From positions 1 to 40,321 of IMG/VR virus record IMGVR_UViG_3300032225_000849: a stretch of DNA of 40,321 bases; one strand, given 5' to 3'. The stretch is from a virus (taxonomy: Duplodnaviria > Caudoviricetes). A program made the position numbers and the translations under genes. Below the pieces are notes generated by a model. The model was not told the origin of the DNA. It saw only the letters and a list, made by a program, of their open reading frames with translations, and did not search any database. Below are positions 19,719 through 29,356 of this stretch, in pieces; the first letter of the stretch is position 1, and the number at the start of each line of letters is the position of its first letter.

Positions 19719-20315
19719 TTGGCTATAACTAGAGCAGTAGCCTCTAGTGTTACGCAGGGGCTACCTAAAGGTAAATCATTATTAAGCGGTAACTCGCCTA
19801 TTTTAACTGGCAGTTATGAGTCTATTGCAACTGCAACAGTTGGTGTTGGTGGTTCTGCTTATTTTGAATTCACTTCAATACCCGCTACTTATTCACATCT
19901 TCAGTTGCGTTTGTTTACTAAGACTTCTTATGCTGCAACTCCATCCGCTTTATTTATGCGATTAAATTCAGATGCAACTTCTACTTATGCGCATCACGGA
20001 CTTTATGGTGATGGCGCAAGCGGTGCCGCTTATGCAGTAACTGCCTCAACTTCAACGGGTGCTGGGTATACTGCAGGAACAAACACTGCTAATGTTTTTG
20101 GCATCCAAGTAATTGACTTGCTTGATTATGCAAATACAAATAAATATAAAACAATTCGTGCTTTAACCGCTGCAGATTTTAATGGTTCTGGTCAGGTGCG
20201 TTTTGTTTCTGGTCTGTGGCAAAGTACTAGCGCGATAACTACAATCAGAATTTATGATGCCAATGGAGGCAATTTAAGTCAATATTCTCACGGCGCTTTG
20301 TATGGGATTAAATAA
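19719..20315 (+). CDS. Tail-tip paralog A
   Basis: F.SIP.TY.HLQLR...DYANTNKYKT...LYGIK; N-terminal extension. Confidence 0.75.
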   Translation: MAITRAVASSVTQGLPKGKSLLSGNSPILTGSYESIATATVGVGGSAYFEFTSIPATYSHLQLRLFTKTSYAATPSALFMRLNSDATSTYAHHGLYGDGASGAAYAVTASTSTGAGYTAGTNTANVFGIQVIDLLDYANTNKYKTIRALTAADFNGSGQVRFVSGLWQSTSAITTIRIYDANGGNLSQYSHGALYGIK

Positions 20316-20822
20316 ATGGCACAAACATATACTCCATTAGCCACTACTACATTAACCAGTGACCAAGCAACGGTTACATTTTCAAGTATTAGTTCTGCTT
20401 ATACTGATTTAGTTTTAATATTTAGAGGAACTTGCTCATTTGGAAATCCTGGTTCCGATATAAATATTAATTTTAATTCTGATACGGGAACTAATTATTC
20501 TAGAACTTACTTGCTTGGAGATGGAACAAGTGTTTCTTCTGGAAGGTCTAGTTCTATTGCTGCATTTAAACCTTCTGGTTTATATTACAATATGTATCAA
20601 ATAACACATATAAATAATTACGCAAATACAACTACCTATAAAACGGCATTATCAAAAAGCACAACTTGGGCTGTATCAAATGCAACAGGTTATATAGCAG
20701 AAACAGTTGGATTGTGGAGTTCTACTGCTGCCATTAATCGTATTGATATTACTATTTCCACTGGAACAGCAATTATTGGTTCTGGTAGCACATTTACTTT
20801 ATATGGAATTAAGGCAGCATAA
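20316..20822 (+). CDS. Tail-tip paralog B
   Basis: TY..LA..TL...YTDLVL...FNSDTGTNYS...F.LYGIK. Confidence 0.75.
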   Translation: MAQTYTPLATTTLTSDQATVTFSSISSAYTDLVLIFRGTCSFGNPGSDININFNSDTGTNYSRTYLLGDGTSVSSGRSSSIAAFKPSGLYYNMYQITHINNYANTTTYKTALSKSTTWAVSNATGYIAETVGLWSSTAAINRIDITISTGTAIIGSGSTFTLYGIKAA

Positions 20823-21349
20823 TGGCATATACATATAGCAAGTTAGCCTCTACTACTGTTGGGGCGGGTGGCGTAGCCACTATTACTTTAAGTAATATTC
20901 CACAAAACTATACTGATATTAAAGTTGTTTTAAGCGCAAGAAGCACAACATCAAATACTGGATATGGGCGGCTTGGTTTATATATCGCAATTAATGGAAG
21001 TTCAACTTCATTTACGGGAGTAGATGCGCTTGGATTTGGGTCAAACGGAACTGGTACAACAACTTATTCTACCACTAGATGTGGCTGGATAAACGCCAAT
21101 GATGCTACAGCAAATACTTTTAGTTCTACTGATATATATATTCCAAACTACAGCACATCAGTAAATAAATCTTTTTCTTGTGATTTTGCAACAGAAAACA
21201 ATGTAGCAGGAGAATTGGTTGGCGGCTTTTCACAAAACCTTTGGCTCAATCCAACTGCTATATCCTCTCTTACCTTTAGCATTGAGTCTGGTTATTCTTT
21301 TTCTCAGTACACAACAGTAACTCTTTACGGAATACGGGCGGAAGTATGA
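20822..21349 (+). CDS. Tail-tip paralog C
   Basis: Y.KLA...VG...YTDIK...SAR...YIPNYS...TLYGI. Confidence 0.75.
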   Translation: MAYTYSKLASTTVGAGGVATITLSNIPQNYTDIKVVLSARSTTSNTGYGRLGLYIAINGSSTSFTGVDALGFGSNGTGTTTYSTTRCGWINANDATANTFSSTDIYIPNYSTSVNKSFSCDFATENNVAGELVGGFSQNLWLNPTAISSLTFSIESGYSFSQYTTVTLYGIRAEV

Positions 21350-21927
21350 GCATAACCAAACTAACTACCAACGGTTTAACAGGTGCTAAGTACGACACCG
21401 TATCTGCAGACAACTACTATATGGAGCCGATTGCTACTCAGTTGCTTGCATCTACTGCTGGAAGTGTAACCTTTAGCAATATTCCACAAAACTACAAACA
21501 TTTACAGTTGCGTGTATTCGCTCAAACTAATTATAGTTATCCAGGTTCCGATGCTTTGTTGGTTACTATTAACAACGATACAACATCAACTTACCGTCAT
21601 CATCAAATGTTTGGACAGGGAGCAACAGTTACAGCAAATAATACAACTAGTACTGATGGATTTTATATTAACCGTTTTGGTAATACTTCTAATGGTCATT
21701 GGGGTGCTTGCATTACCGATATACCTGATTACGCAAGCACTAATAAATATAAAACCGCTCGTTCGCTGGGTGGAGTTGATTGGAATGGCACTTTAGAAGG
21801 TGCGGTTTATTATAGTTCAGGATTGTATCCAAATACTAGCCCTATAACTACTATTAAAATATCATCTTTTAGTCCAGCCGTGCTTAGTATTAATTCTCGT
21901 ATTTCATTATACGGATTGAAAGGATAA
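21346..21927 (+). CDS. Tail-tip paralog A'
   Basis: HLQLR, Y.HH..FG.G, DYASTNKYKT.R.L; N-terminal extension like A. Confidence 0.75.
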   Translation: MSITKLTTNGLTGAKYDTVSADNYYMEPIATQLLASTAGSVTFSNIPQNYKHLQLRVFAQTNYSYPGSDALLVTINNDTTSTYRHHQMFGQGATVTANNTTSTDGFYINRFGNTSNGHWGACITDIPDYASTNKYKTARSLGGVDWNGTLEGAVYYSSGLYPNTSPITTIKISSFSPAVLSINSRISLYGLKG

Positions 21928-21930
21928 ACA

Positions 21931-22425
21931 ATGGCTAAGACTGCTACCTATTCATTAATTGCAAGCAATACCCTTGGGTCTGCTAACTCAACAATTACTT
22001 TTAGTTCTATACCAGCAACTTTTACAGATTTAGTTTTAGTATGCAACCTTTTTTCTTCTGGTACAACTTATTCAAATATTCGTTTTAATGGAGATACAGG
22101 AACTAATTATTCTTTGACTGACTTTTATGGTGATGGCGGTGGTGGCATAACATCAAGTAGACAATCTAATGTGTCACAAGGTGGTTCAGGTCCTACTATG
22201 GGAAGCGGTAATGTACTTATTTATAACATACTTGACTATTCAAATTCAAATACATACAAAAATATGTTAGGTAGAAACTCTAATCCTAGTAATGGAGTTT
22301 TTAGTTCTGTAAGTATGTGGCGCAGCACTGCTGCAATAAATAGCATTACTTTATTTACGGGTGTGGATAACTGGTCCGTTGGTTCTACCTTTAAACTTTA
22401 CGGAATAAAGGCAGGTAACGCATAA
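21931..22425 (+). CDS. Tail-tip paralog B'
   Basis: TY.LIA..TL, TDLVL, FNGDTGTNYS, STAAIN.I. Confidence 0.75.
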   Translation: MAKTATYSLIASNTLGSANSTITFSSIPATFTDLVLVCNLFSSGTTYSNIRFNGDTGTNYSLTDFYGDGGGGITSSRQSNVSQGGSGPTMGSGNVLIYNILDYSNSNTYKNMLGRNSNPSNGVFSSVSMWRSTAAINSITLFTGVDNWSVGSTFKLYGIKAGNA

Positions 22426-22919
22426 TGGCTTTACAAATATACAAAATTGCTGGCATTGAAGTAGGTTCTAGTGGTTCATCTTATATTGAATTTACTTCAA
22501 TTCCATCAGGTTATACAGACCTTAAAATTGAACTAAGTTGTCGCAATGCAACTTCAAGCGGTGGTGCTTTGGCATTAACCCTTAATGCTACTTCGGCAAG
22601 CATTATTCGGATTTATGGCAATGGTAATGCATCAAAAGGTTCAGATACTTATGCCCCAGATGGTAGTGGTATGACTACCACTAGTGGATTTGGTGCAAAT
22701 TGTTTTGCTAGTAATACTTTTTATATACCCAATTATACATCTTCAACTCAAAAAGCAGTTAGCATTGATGGTGTGCAAGAAAATACTGCATCAGATACAT
22801 ATATGATGATGTTTGCTAATTTAATAAATACAACAAGCGCAGTATCAACTATTAGAATTACCCCAAGTGGAAGTTCATTCGGACAATACACAGTAGCAAC
22901 ACTCTACGGAATCCTTTAG
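22425..22919 (+). CDS. Tail-tip paralog C'
   Basis: YKIA...VG, YTDLK...SCR, YIPNYT, F.QYT..TLYGI. Confidence 0.75.
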   Translation: MALQIYKIAGIEVGSSGSSYIEFTSIPSGYTDLKIELSCRNATSSGGALALTLNATSASIIRIYGNGNASKGSDTYAPDGSGMTTTSGFGANCFASNTFYIPNYTSSTQKAVSIDGVQENTASDTYMMMFANLINTTSAVSTIRITPSGSSFGQYTVATLYGIL

Positions 22920-22931
22920 AAAGGGAGACAA

Positions 22932-23162
22932 ATGACAACACCTACAGCGATTGAAGTTGACTGCTCAACAGGAGTAGTTACAGAACGCGAACTAACAGCA
23001 GCAGAAATAGCACAGCGTGAAGCAGATGCAGCAGCATATGCAACAGCAAAGGCAGAAGAAGAAGCAGCCAAGGCTGCAGCGGAAGCAGCCAAGGCATCAG
23101 CACAGGCTAAATTAGCAGCACTCGGTTTAACTGGTGCTGAAATTGCAGCACTCTCTAAGTAA
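22932..23162 (+). CDS. Small Ala/Glu-rich protein, possible tail-fibre assembly chaperone
   Basis: 76 aa, TG..TERELT.AE...LAALGLT..EI; GGGAG RBS. Confidence 0.65.
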   Translation: MTTPTAIEVDCSTGVVTERELTAAEIAQREADAAAYATAKAEEEAAKAAAEAAKASAQAKLAALGLTGAEIAALSK

Positions 23163-23189
23163 TTATTTCTTAATACATAAGGAGGCATA

Positions 23190-25403
23190 GTGGTATCACG
23201 CTCGCCCGATATTACCGAACGCACGATAATTGATTTATCTGGTCGTCTATCTACATACTATGACCTCAATGCCAATGCCTTTGACATTGCCATTGGTGGC
23301 TTGCCATTTATTATGGCTGTTACAGATAACACACCATACAAGCGCCAAACTGCAGAGTTTCGTGCTCAGCGTGTGGACCAGATGCGTGACCCAGGTGAGC
23401 ACACTCTTGCAGGCTCAGGTTACTGGACACGCTCGCAATCATCATGGCACTATGGTGAAGGTATCCAATACACGGAGCCAATGGAGGGCAACGATAACGA
23501 AGTTCGTTTTCGCTTTCGCGATTCATCAGGCATTGACCCATGGACCCCTGGGCAACTTACATTATTGCATAAAACAGACAAAGTTCTAACGATGCGTGGC
23601 AAGACAACACTTGCCAGTGGTTCTAATGGCTCACCAACTTTGTATGCTGTAGATACAGAGCCAATCGTTACTACAACTACAACAACCTCTGCTGCATCTG
23701 GGTCAACAACTTTAACAGTTGCAAGTACCGCTGGTATATCAGTAGGTTGGCGCGTAGCAGATGGTTCTAACATTACAAGCACAACAACTGTCACAGCCAT
23801 TGGCACTAATACAATTACCATTAGTCCAGCAACAACTGCTGGCACAATGGCAACCAGCACAGCATTACGCATTTCACCACAAACTGCAATTTATAGTATT
23901 ACTACTGCTGGTACATCTGCTGCTTATATTACATACAATCAACTTGGCAATCAAACAATCTTGGCTCAGACATCCGATGGTTCTAACTTGTATATTGCAA
24001 CAACTACCGCTTTGTATGATATTGACTTAACTACTGGAACTGTTCATCAACATTACGCTATTAACAATGGCACACCAATCAGTGCTGTTCTTAAGTTTGT
24101 TAAAAGTCGTGCAATCTTTGCCCTTACCTACGATGACTACAGCACTAAGGCTTATGAACTTACCTTTACTGGTTCAGGGCATGCGGGTGGCGCTATTAAC
24201 ATTAGCACCCTTACTGCAATCAGTGGTTCAACTCTTATGCCATATCGCTGGGAATGGTCTGGTATTACCGAAGGTAGCAATGCTATCTATCTTGCTGGCT
24301 ATGCTGGTGAACACTCAACAATTTTTAAATTACAAGTAGATAATACTGGTACTTTAGGAACTATTGTTACTGCAGCGGTAATGCCAAGAGGTGAAGTTAT
24401 TACTTCGCTATACAGTTACCTTGGAACATACCTAATGGTTGGAACTAACAAGGGTGCACGCATTGCAAACCTTGACCAAAACGGTGACATGGTTTATGGA
24501 CCTTTAGTATTTCATAATGCCAATGGTGTTTATGATTTTGAAGGCAGAGATTCATACATCTGGGCTGGCAATACCGCTGGAGTAAGCAGCAACTCAGGTA
24601 CTATGCGTATGAACCTTGCTCAGCCAATCACACTTATTGGATATGCCCAGCCTATATCAACAGGTGTATATGCAAGGGCAACAGATGTATATGCAGATGC
24701 ATCAAGTGGAACAGTTCGTTCAGTTCGTATATTTGGTAACGATAATCAAGTTGCTTTTTCTATTGATTCAGATGGCATATATCTTCAATCAGCAACACAA
24801 TTAGTTGAAACAGGACAAATCCGCACTGGCAAGATTCGTTACGACACCATGGAGAATAAAGCATGGAAGCGTATCCGCGTGCGTACACCTACCAATACAG
24901 CCACTGGAGATATACAAGTATTCAAAGTAACTCCAACATCAAATGTGTCTGTTGCTACTTTCTTAGAAGGAAATGCAACAACCGCAGATTTAGATTTGGT
25001 TAATGCTTTTCCAGACATAGAACCAGATGCATCTTTTAAAGTGGATATGTACCGAAGTGCAACAGATGCAACCACTGGTGCAGTAGTAAGTGGTATTGCT
25101 GTTAAGGCTTTGCCATCTCCTACCCGTGCTCGCGTGCTACAGATTCCTTTATTTATGTACGACAAAGAGACAGACAAAACAGGCAACATGATTGGCTATG
25201 AAGGCTATGCTCGTGAGCGGTTGTTCGCCCTTGAGACAGTTGAAGGTTTAGGTGCCACAGTAACTATTCAGGACTTTACCGCTGGTGGAGAACCTGTTGA
25301 GTGTGTGATTGAACAGATTACATTTACTCGTGCAACACCATCTGCCCGTAACTACTCAGGCTTTGGCGGTATCTGCCAAATCATAGCCCGTACTGTCGTA
25401 TAA
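23190..25403 (+). CDS. Tail tubular protein B / nozzle-like beta-propeller protein
   Basis: 737 aa beta-rich, last structural gene before lysis; Thr-rich inserted domain. Confidence 0.6.
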   Translation: MVSRSPDITERTIIDLSGRLSTYYDLNANAFDIAIGGLPFIMAVTDNTPYKRQTAEFRAQRVDQMRDPGEHTLAGSGYWTRSQSSWHYGEGIQYTEPMEGNDNEVRFRFRDSSGIDPWTPGQLTLLHKTDKVLTMRGKTTLASGSNGSPTLYAVDTEPIVTTTTTTSAASGSTTLTVASTAGISVGWRVADGSNITSTTTVTAIGTNTITISPATTAGTMATSTALRISPQTAIYSITTAGTSAAYITYNQLGNQTILAQTSDGSNLYIATTTALYDIDLTTGTVHQHYAINNGTPISAVLKFVKSRAIFALTYDDYSTKAYELTFTGSGHAGGAINISTLTAISGSTLMPYRWEWSGITEGSNAIYLAGYAGEHSTIFKLQVDNTGTLGTIVTAAVMPRGEVITSLYSYLGTYLMVGTNKGARIANLDQNGDMVYGPLVFHNANGVYDFEGRDSYIWAGNTAGVSSNSGTMRMNLAQPITLIGYAQPISTGVYARATDVYADASSGTVRSVRIFGNDNQVAFSIDSDGIYLQSATQLVETGQIRTGKIRYDTMENKAWKRIRVRTPTNTATGDIQVFKVTPTSNVSVATFLEGNATTADLDLVNAFPDIEPDASFKVDMYRSATDATTGAVVSGIAVKALPSPTRARVLQIPLFMYDKETDKTGNMIGYEGYARERLFALETVEGLGATVTIQDFTAGGEPVECVIEQITFTRATPSARNYSGFGGICQIIARTVV

Positions 25404-25417
25404 GGAGAACCCTGCAA

Positions 25418-25672
25418 ATGTCATCCGATGTCGCAACCATCGTATATTCCTACTTCTTTGTTATCGCCGCTTTACTTGCTGGCATAAGTTTAATTGCTAA
25501 GCATACAATTAAAAAGCATACCGAGATACTTGAAGATAAGTTAGCAAGAATTGAATATGCGTTATATAACGATGGACATACTGGATTGATTAACAAGGTT
25601 GACCAACTAATTGAAAACCAAAACATCATAAAGATAGATGTTGAAGTTATGAAAGCAAAGGCAGAAGCATGA
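25418..25672 (+). CDS. Membrane protein of the lysis cassette
   Basis: One N-terminal TM helix then coiled coil; precedes endolysin. Confidence 0.6.
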   Translation: MSSDVATIVYSYFFVIAALLAGISLIAKHTIKKHTEILEDKLARIEYALYNDGHTGLINKVDQLIENQNIIKIDVEVMKAKAEA

Positions 25673-26130
25673 GTGCAGCAAAGATAATTGAAATAGCCAA
25701 GAAAGAAGTTGGCTACAAAGAAGGAAAGAATAACGATACCAAGTACGGTGTCTGGTTTAAGATGAACAATGTGCCATGGTGCATGGAGTTTGTGCAGTGG
25801 TGCGCAGCGCAGGCTGGCGAAGGTGGCAAGATTAAAAAGACTGCTGGTTGCCAAGACTTTGAAGCATGGGCTAAGCGCGAGGATTTAATTGTTGCTACCA
25901 ATATGGTTCAAGCAGGAGACATTCTTCTCTATGACTTTTCTAAATCTGGTAAGTCGGAACACACTGGCTTTGCCCTTGGATACAACGAACACACACATCT
26001 CATTGACACAGTAGAAGGTAACACTGCTGCTGATGGCAAGGGTAGTCAGAAGAATGGCGATGGGGTATACCTCAAGCACCGTGCACCATCTACGGTGCGT
26101 TATGTAGTAAGACCGAAATGGAGCAAGTAA
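25669..26130 (+). CDS. Endolysin, CHAP domain
   Basis: PWCMEFVQW (catalytic Cys), GDI, HTG, VEGNT. Confidence 0.88.
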   Translation: MSAAKIIEIAKKEVGYKEGKNNDTKYGVWFKMNNVPWCMEFVQWCAAQAGEGGKIKKTAGCQDFEAWAKREDLIVATNMVQAGDILLYDFSKSGKSEHTGFALGYNEHTHLIDTVEGNTAADGKGSQKNGDGVYLKHRAPSTVRYVVRPKWSK

Positions 26131-26324
26131 TGAACACAAAACTAAAAGAACAACTAGCAAGCATCGGTGGAACTTATGGTCGTGCCTTTGTTACTGGTGC
26201 AGTTACAGCCTACACTCTAGGTAAGACATCACCATCAGACTTTCTTAAGGCTGGCATTGCAGCAATCATTCCACTTATTATGCGTTGGGTAAATCCAAAG
26301 GATTCATTCCCAAACAAGAAGTAA
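26130..26324 (+). CDS. Putative holin
   Basis: 64 aa, two hydrophobic segments, RW.NP.D motif, follows endolysin. Confidence 0.7.
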   Translation: MNTKLKEQLASIGGTYGRAFVTGAVTAYTLGKTSPSDFLKAGIAAIIPLIMRWVNPKDSFPNKK

Positions 26325-26337
26325 GTTTAAACAGATT

Positions 26338-26368
26338 AGCCCCTCGCTTAATTGCGGGGGGCTTTTTT
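26338..26368 (+). terminator. Rho-independent terminator of the late operon
   Basis: AGCCCCTCGC-TTAATT-GCGGGGGGCT-TTTTT. Confidence 0.85.
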
Positions 26369-26716
26369 GCTTTGCCAATCTTTATTTTCTTGTGTCTTAA
26401 GACGATGACAGTTGGCGCATAAAGTCTGTAAATTAGATAACAAATTGTTATTATGGTTGCCATCTATGTGGTCTATATCTAGTTGACTCCGATGGAGTGC
26501 AACGAATCCACATTCCTCGCAGTGGTCTTTCTTGTACTTGGATAACTTGACACGGTTGTTGTTACTCTTAGTGCGACACGAGTAATAACCACGCTGTTTC
26601 TTTTTGAGTCTGGTCGGGCCACATACTGAGCAGATACCGAAGCGTAACTCTGGGTTCTTGAGCAGCAACTTGTGCTGTTGAGGTTCATCCGCCTGTGGAA
26701 TAGAAGCCACTGCCAT
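26348..26716 (-). CDS. HNH endonuclease
   Basis: CEECG...DIDHIDGNHNNN...NLQTLCANCH. Confidence 0.85.
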   Translation of the reverse strand: MAVASIPQADEPQQHKLLLKNPELRFGICSVCGPTRLKKKQRGYYSCRTKSNNNRVKLSKYKKDHCEECGFVALHRSQLDIDHIDGNHNNNLLSNLQTLCANCHRLKTQENKDWQSKKAPRN

Positions 26717-26852
26717 TGAATTTCACGGGCACTGCGCTATAAACTTGGGACATTGATTCACCACAACAAGTCGGCGCCCAGTCGCTACCCATTGGTTTGT
26801 CTATTTCTTGCACTCCGCCACAGGAGTTGCACTTGTAATCATACTTTGCCAT
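26685..26852 (-). CDS. FmdB-family zinc-ribbon protein (55 aa)
   Basis: Hand translation MAKYDYKCNSCGG...PTCCGESM...VKFNGSGFYSTGG. Confidence 0.8.
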   Translation of the reverse strand: MAKYDYKCNSCGGVQEIDKPMGSDWAPTCCGESMSQVYSAVPVKFNGSGFYSTGG

Positions 26853-26985
26853 TAAGTAATCTCTTTAAAGTATTAAGCCTGCGAAGGCGTGCTTGTTGTT
26901 CTGTCTTAATACCTAGACGGTAAGCATAAAAAAAAGATGTGATGTTACTCACAATAAAGAAAAGTAAATAAATTATTTTATTCAT
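26839..26985 (-). CDS. Small membrane protein (48 aa)
   Basis: Hand translation MNKIIYLLFFIVSNITSFFYAYRLG...; overlaps both neighbours. Confidence 0.55.
   Translation of the reverse strand: MNKIIYLLFFIVSNITSFFYAYRLGIKTEQQARLRRLNTLKRLLNGKV
26938..26953. promoter_or_regulatory. CRP/GlxR-type box
   Basis: TGTGA-tgttac-TCACA with AT-rich flanks. Confidence 0.6.
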
Positions 26986-27214
26986 CTGCTGGTGTTGGTA
27001 CTTTCACTAAGGCTCCACATAGGGCACACTCTGCATCTACAAACCACATGCTTATATCGTTATCTTCAAACATACAGCCCACTTTAAATAGTAATGAGCC
27101 ACACATGCAAGCGTGTACAGGGCCAAGGCTACGCAAGTCTGCGCCAAAGGGCGGGGTTGTTACACCCGCTTGGCTTAGCAGCCTCGCTAGACTTCTACTT
27201 AATCTGTTCAACAC
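26978..27214 (-). CDS. Zn-binding hypothetical protein
   Basis: CMCG...CALCG; 78 aa. Confidence 0.65.
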   Translation of the reverse strand: MLNRLSRSLARLLSQAGVTTPPFGADLRSLGPVHACMCGSLLFKVGCMFEDNDISMWFVDAECALCGALVKVPTPADE

Positions 27215-27237
27215 GAACAGCAGTGTACACGGAATTT

Positions 27238-27271
27238 AATTACAATCATGTAATTCTCCTTCGGCGTGTCG
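27238..27271. promoter_or_regulatory. Divergent control region: McdR-like palindrome plus WhiA-type GACACGCC motif
   Basis: AATTACA-atca-TGTAATT (27238-55); CGGCGTGTCG (27262-71). Confidence 0.6.
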
Positions 27272-27321
27272 CACAATAGAGCAGAGTTTGTGTAGTAGTC
27301 TCCTCTATTGAAGGAGAAACA

Positions 27322-28161
27322 ATGACACTTGAACTGATAACAGGTAAGAACTATGTCAGCCACAGCGCCATGTCTACATGGCTTGGCTGTGGTTGGCAGT
27401 ATTACCTATCCCGTGTTCAGCATGTGCCCGAAGCGCCATCTTACTGGTTGGCTGGGGGCAAGGCTGTCCACGAATGTACAGAATACTACGACATCAAGCC
27501 AGAAGGTTTTGATTCCGTTGCCATATTCAAAGAACGATGGGAACACAACTATAAGATGGTTGATAACGGCATGCCTTGGCGTGCTGGTGGTCGGGCTACC
27601 AAGGCTAATCCCAACAAGGAAGATGCTGAGTGGTGGTTAGCCAATGGCCCACGCATGGTAGATTACTGGATTCAATTCCGTGAAGATAGTGGCTGGAAAA
27701 TTTGGGACACACCTGAAGGCATACCCGCTATTGAAACTGAAATGAATCAAACAATCAAGGGCGTAAATGTAAAGGCGTTCCTTGACCGAGTAATGGTTGC
27801 ACCAACAGGTGAGTTGGTAATTGTAGATATTAAGTCAGGAAGTACTGAGCCAAAATCTCAGACACAACTTGGCATCTATGCAATCCTTGTGGAGAAAACC
27901 TTTGGTGTTCGCCCACAACTTGGTTCCTATTTCATGGTACGCACAGGAGAATTAACACCGCCTGTGTCACTTGACCGCTTTACTGAGGCACGCCTTGGTA
28001 ATTGGGTCAAGGGCTTTGAAATTGCTGTAACTAATAACATCTTCATCCCCGCACCTGGATTTATGTGTGGCACTTGTGCTGTAAATTCATCGTGCTATGC
28101 CGTTGGTGGCAAAGACTCACACCTCTACCCTGAAATAGAAATAGGAGCAACAAATGACTGA
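27322..28161 (+). CDS. PD-(D/E)XK RecB/Cas4-like exonuclease
   Basis: SHS...C..QYY, G..VH, E...LDRV...IVDIKSG...QL..Y, C..C.....C. Confidence 0.85.
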   Translation: MTLELITGKNYVSHSAMSTWLGCGWQYYLSRVQHVPEAPSYWLAGGKAVHECTEYYDIKPEGFDSVAIFKERWEHNYKMVDNGMPWRAGGRATKANPNKEDAEWWLANGPRMVDYWIQFREDSGWKIWDTPEGIPAIETEMNQTIKGVNVKAFLDRVMVAPTGELVIVDIKSGSTEPKSQTQLGIYAILVEKTFGVRPQLGSYFMVRTGELTPPVSLDRFTEARLGNWVKGFEIAVTNNIFIPAPGFMCGTCAVNSSCYAVGGKDSHLYPEIEIGATND

Positions 28162-28564
28162 ACCGCTATATCAAATCAATGTAAAGACACCTAAGGGTTC
28201 TTTGCTAAACATCCGCGCTTCATCCGAGGCCGAACTAGACCAAGCACTTGATGGTCTAACTTTGCGTATTGCAACTATCGCTGACCTTGAATCAAGCATT
28301 GATGCTATTTGCGCTGTAGCAAACGCAGGTCTTAAGCCAGAAGTTATCAGCCACTCAGCAGTTGCTGCAGTTGCTCCTTCTTTCCCAGCCCCAGCGGGCT
28401 ACACACCAGCACGACAAAGCGGAGTACCTGACTGCGAGTGCGGTGGTGGGCCTATGCGCCATGTACCAGCAGGTATCGCTAAGTCCACAGGTCGCCCTTA
28501 CAAGGCGTTTTATGCATGCCCTAAGCCACAGGGACAGGCTTGCCAAAACAAGGTATCTGCATAA
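28154..28564 (+). CDS. Hypothetical protein with C-terminal GRF-like zinc finger
   Basis: CECG..M...GRPYKAFYACP...C. Confidence 0.65.
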   Translation: MTEPLYQINVKTPKGSLLNIRASSEAELDQALDGLTLRIATIADLESSIDAICAVANAGLKPEVISHSAVAAVAPSFPAPAGYTPARQSGVPDCECGGGPMRHVPAGIAKSTGRPYKAFYACPKPQGQACQNKVSA

Positions 28565-28567
28565 AAC

Positions 28568-29347
28568 ATGCGCTTACTCAGCCGTGCTATTAAGACAGAA
28601 TCACGAGGGGGTGCGACCCTTCCTGTGGTCTGGCACTCACTCGCTGCTCAACAAATAGCAATCCGTTACGGCGAAGTAAGCATGATTGCTGGGCCACCAG
28701 GGGCAGGCAAGTCAACGCTTGCTCTGTCTCTGGCGGTCAAAGCACAAGTGCCCACTCTTTACATCTCTGCGGATACACACTCACACACCATGAGCCTTCG
28801 CTTACTTGCCTTATTAACAGGTAAGCCACAGTCCGAGGTGGAACCACTGATGGAAATGGACAGAGATTGGGCAGCACAAATGCTCAAGCCTGCTGACCAC
28901 ATCATGTGGGAGTTTGATTCAGCACCAACACTTAAAGACATTGAAGATGCAGTGCTTGCTACTCGTGAGCGATTGGGTCAAGATGTTCAGTTGATTGTGT
29001 TAGATAACGCAGTAGATGTAACGATGGATTCGCAAGATGAATGGGGTGGCTTGCGTACCTTGATGAAAGAACTTAAGTGGTGGGCAAGAGAGACAGGGGC
29101 AGCGGTTGTGGTGTGTCACCACACATCAGAAGGTGTCCTTGGTAATCCATGTCCTCCACAAAAGGCACTGCATGGAAAGGTGGCGCAGACTCCCAGCCTC
29201 ATACTCACAGTACATAATCAGGTATCAACCCTTGGTGTATGTGCTGTAAAGAATCGTTATGGCCCTGCTGATGCCACAGGTGGCACACCAGTGTGGCTTT
29301 CATACGACCCCGCAAGCATGCAGATACTAGATGTAGGACAACCTTAG
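28568..29347 (+). CDS. DnaB/RecA-family ATPase (replicative helicase-like)
   Basis: Walker A GPPGAGKST, Walker B LIVLD, KNRYGP. Confidence 0.85.
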   Translation: MRLLSRAIKTESRGGATLPVVWHSLAAQQIAIRYGEVSMIAGPPGAGKSTLALSLAVKAQVPTLYISADTHSHTMSLRLLALLTGKPQSEVEPLMEMDRDWAAQMLKPADHIMWEFDSAPTLKDIEDAVLATRERLGQDVQLIVLDNAVDVTMDSQDEWGGLRTLMKELKWWARETGAAVVVCHHTSEGVLGNPCPPQKALHGKVAQTPSLILTVHNQVSTLGVCAVKNRYGPADATGGTPVWLSYDPASMQILDVGQP

Positions 29348-29356
29348 GAGATTTAA

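Noticed and set aside
19719-22919. Diversity-generating retroelement or invertible shufflon
   Set aside because: No reverse transcriptase or recombinase, no near-identical TR/VR pair, all genes in the same orientation and highly diverged
1345-25854. Many short nested or antisense ORFs within structural genes
   Set aside because: Overlapped by long codon-biased genes and lacking RBS or motifs
26479-26688. 69-aa ORF coupled to the FmdB-like gene
   Set aside because: Out of frame with the clear HNH motifs; the HNH start remains uncertain
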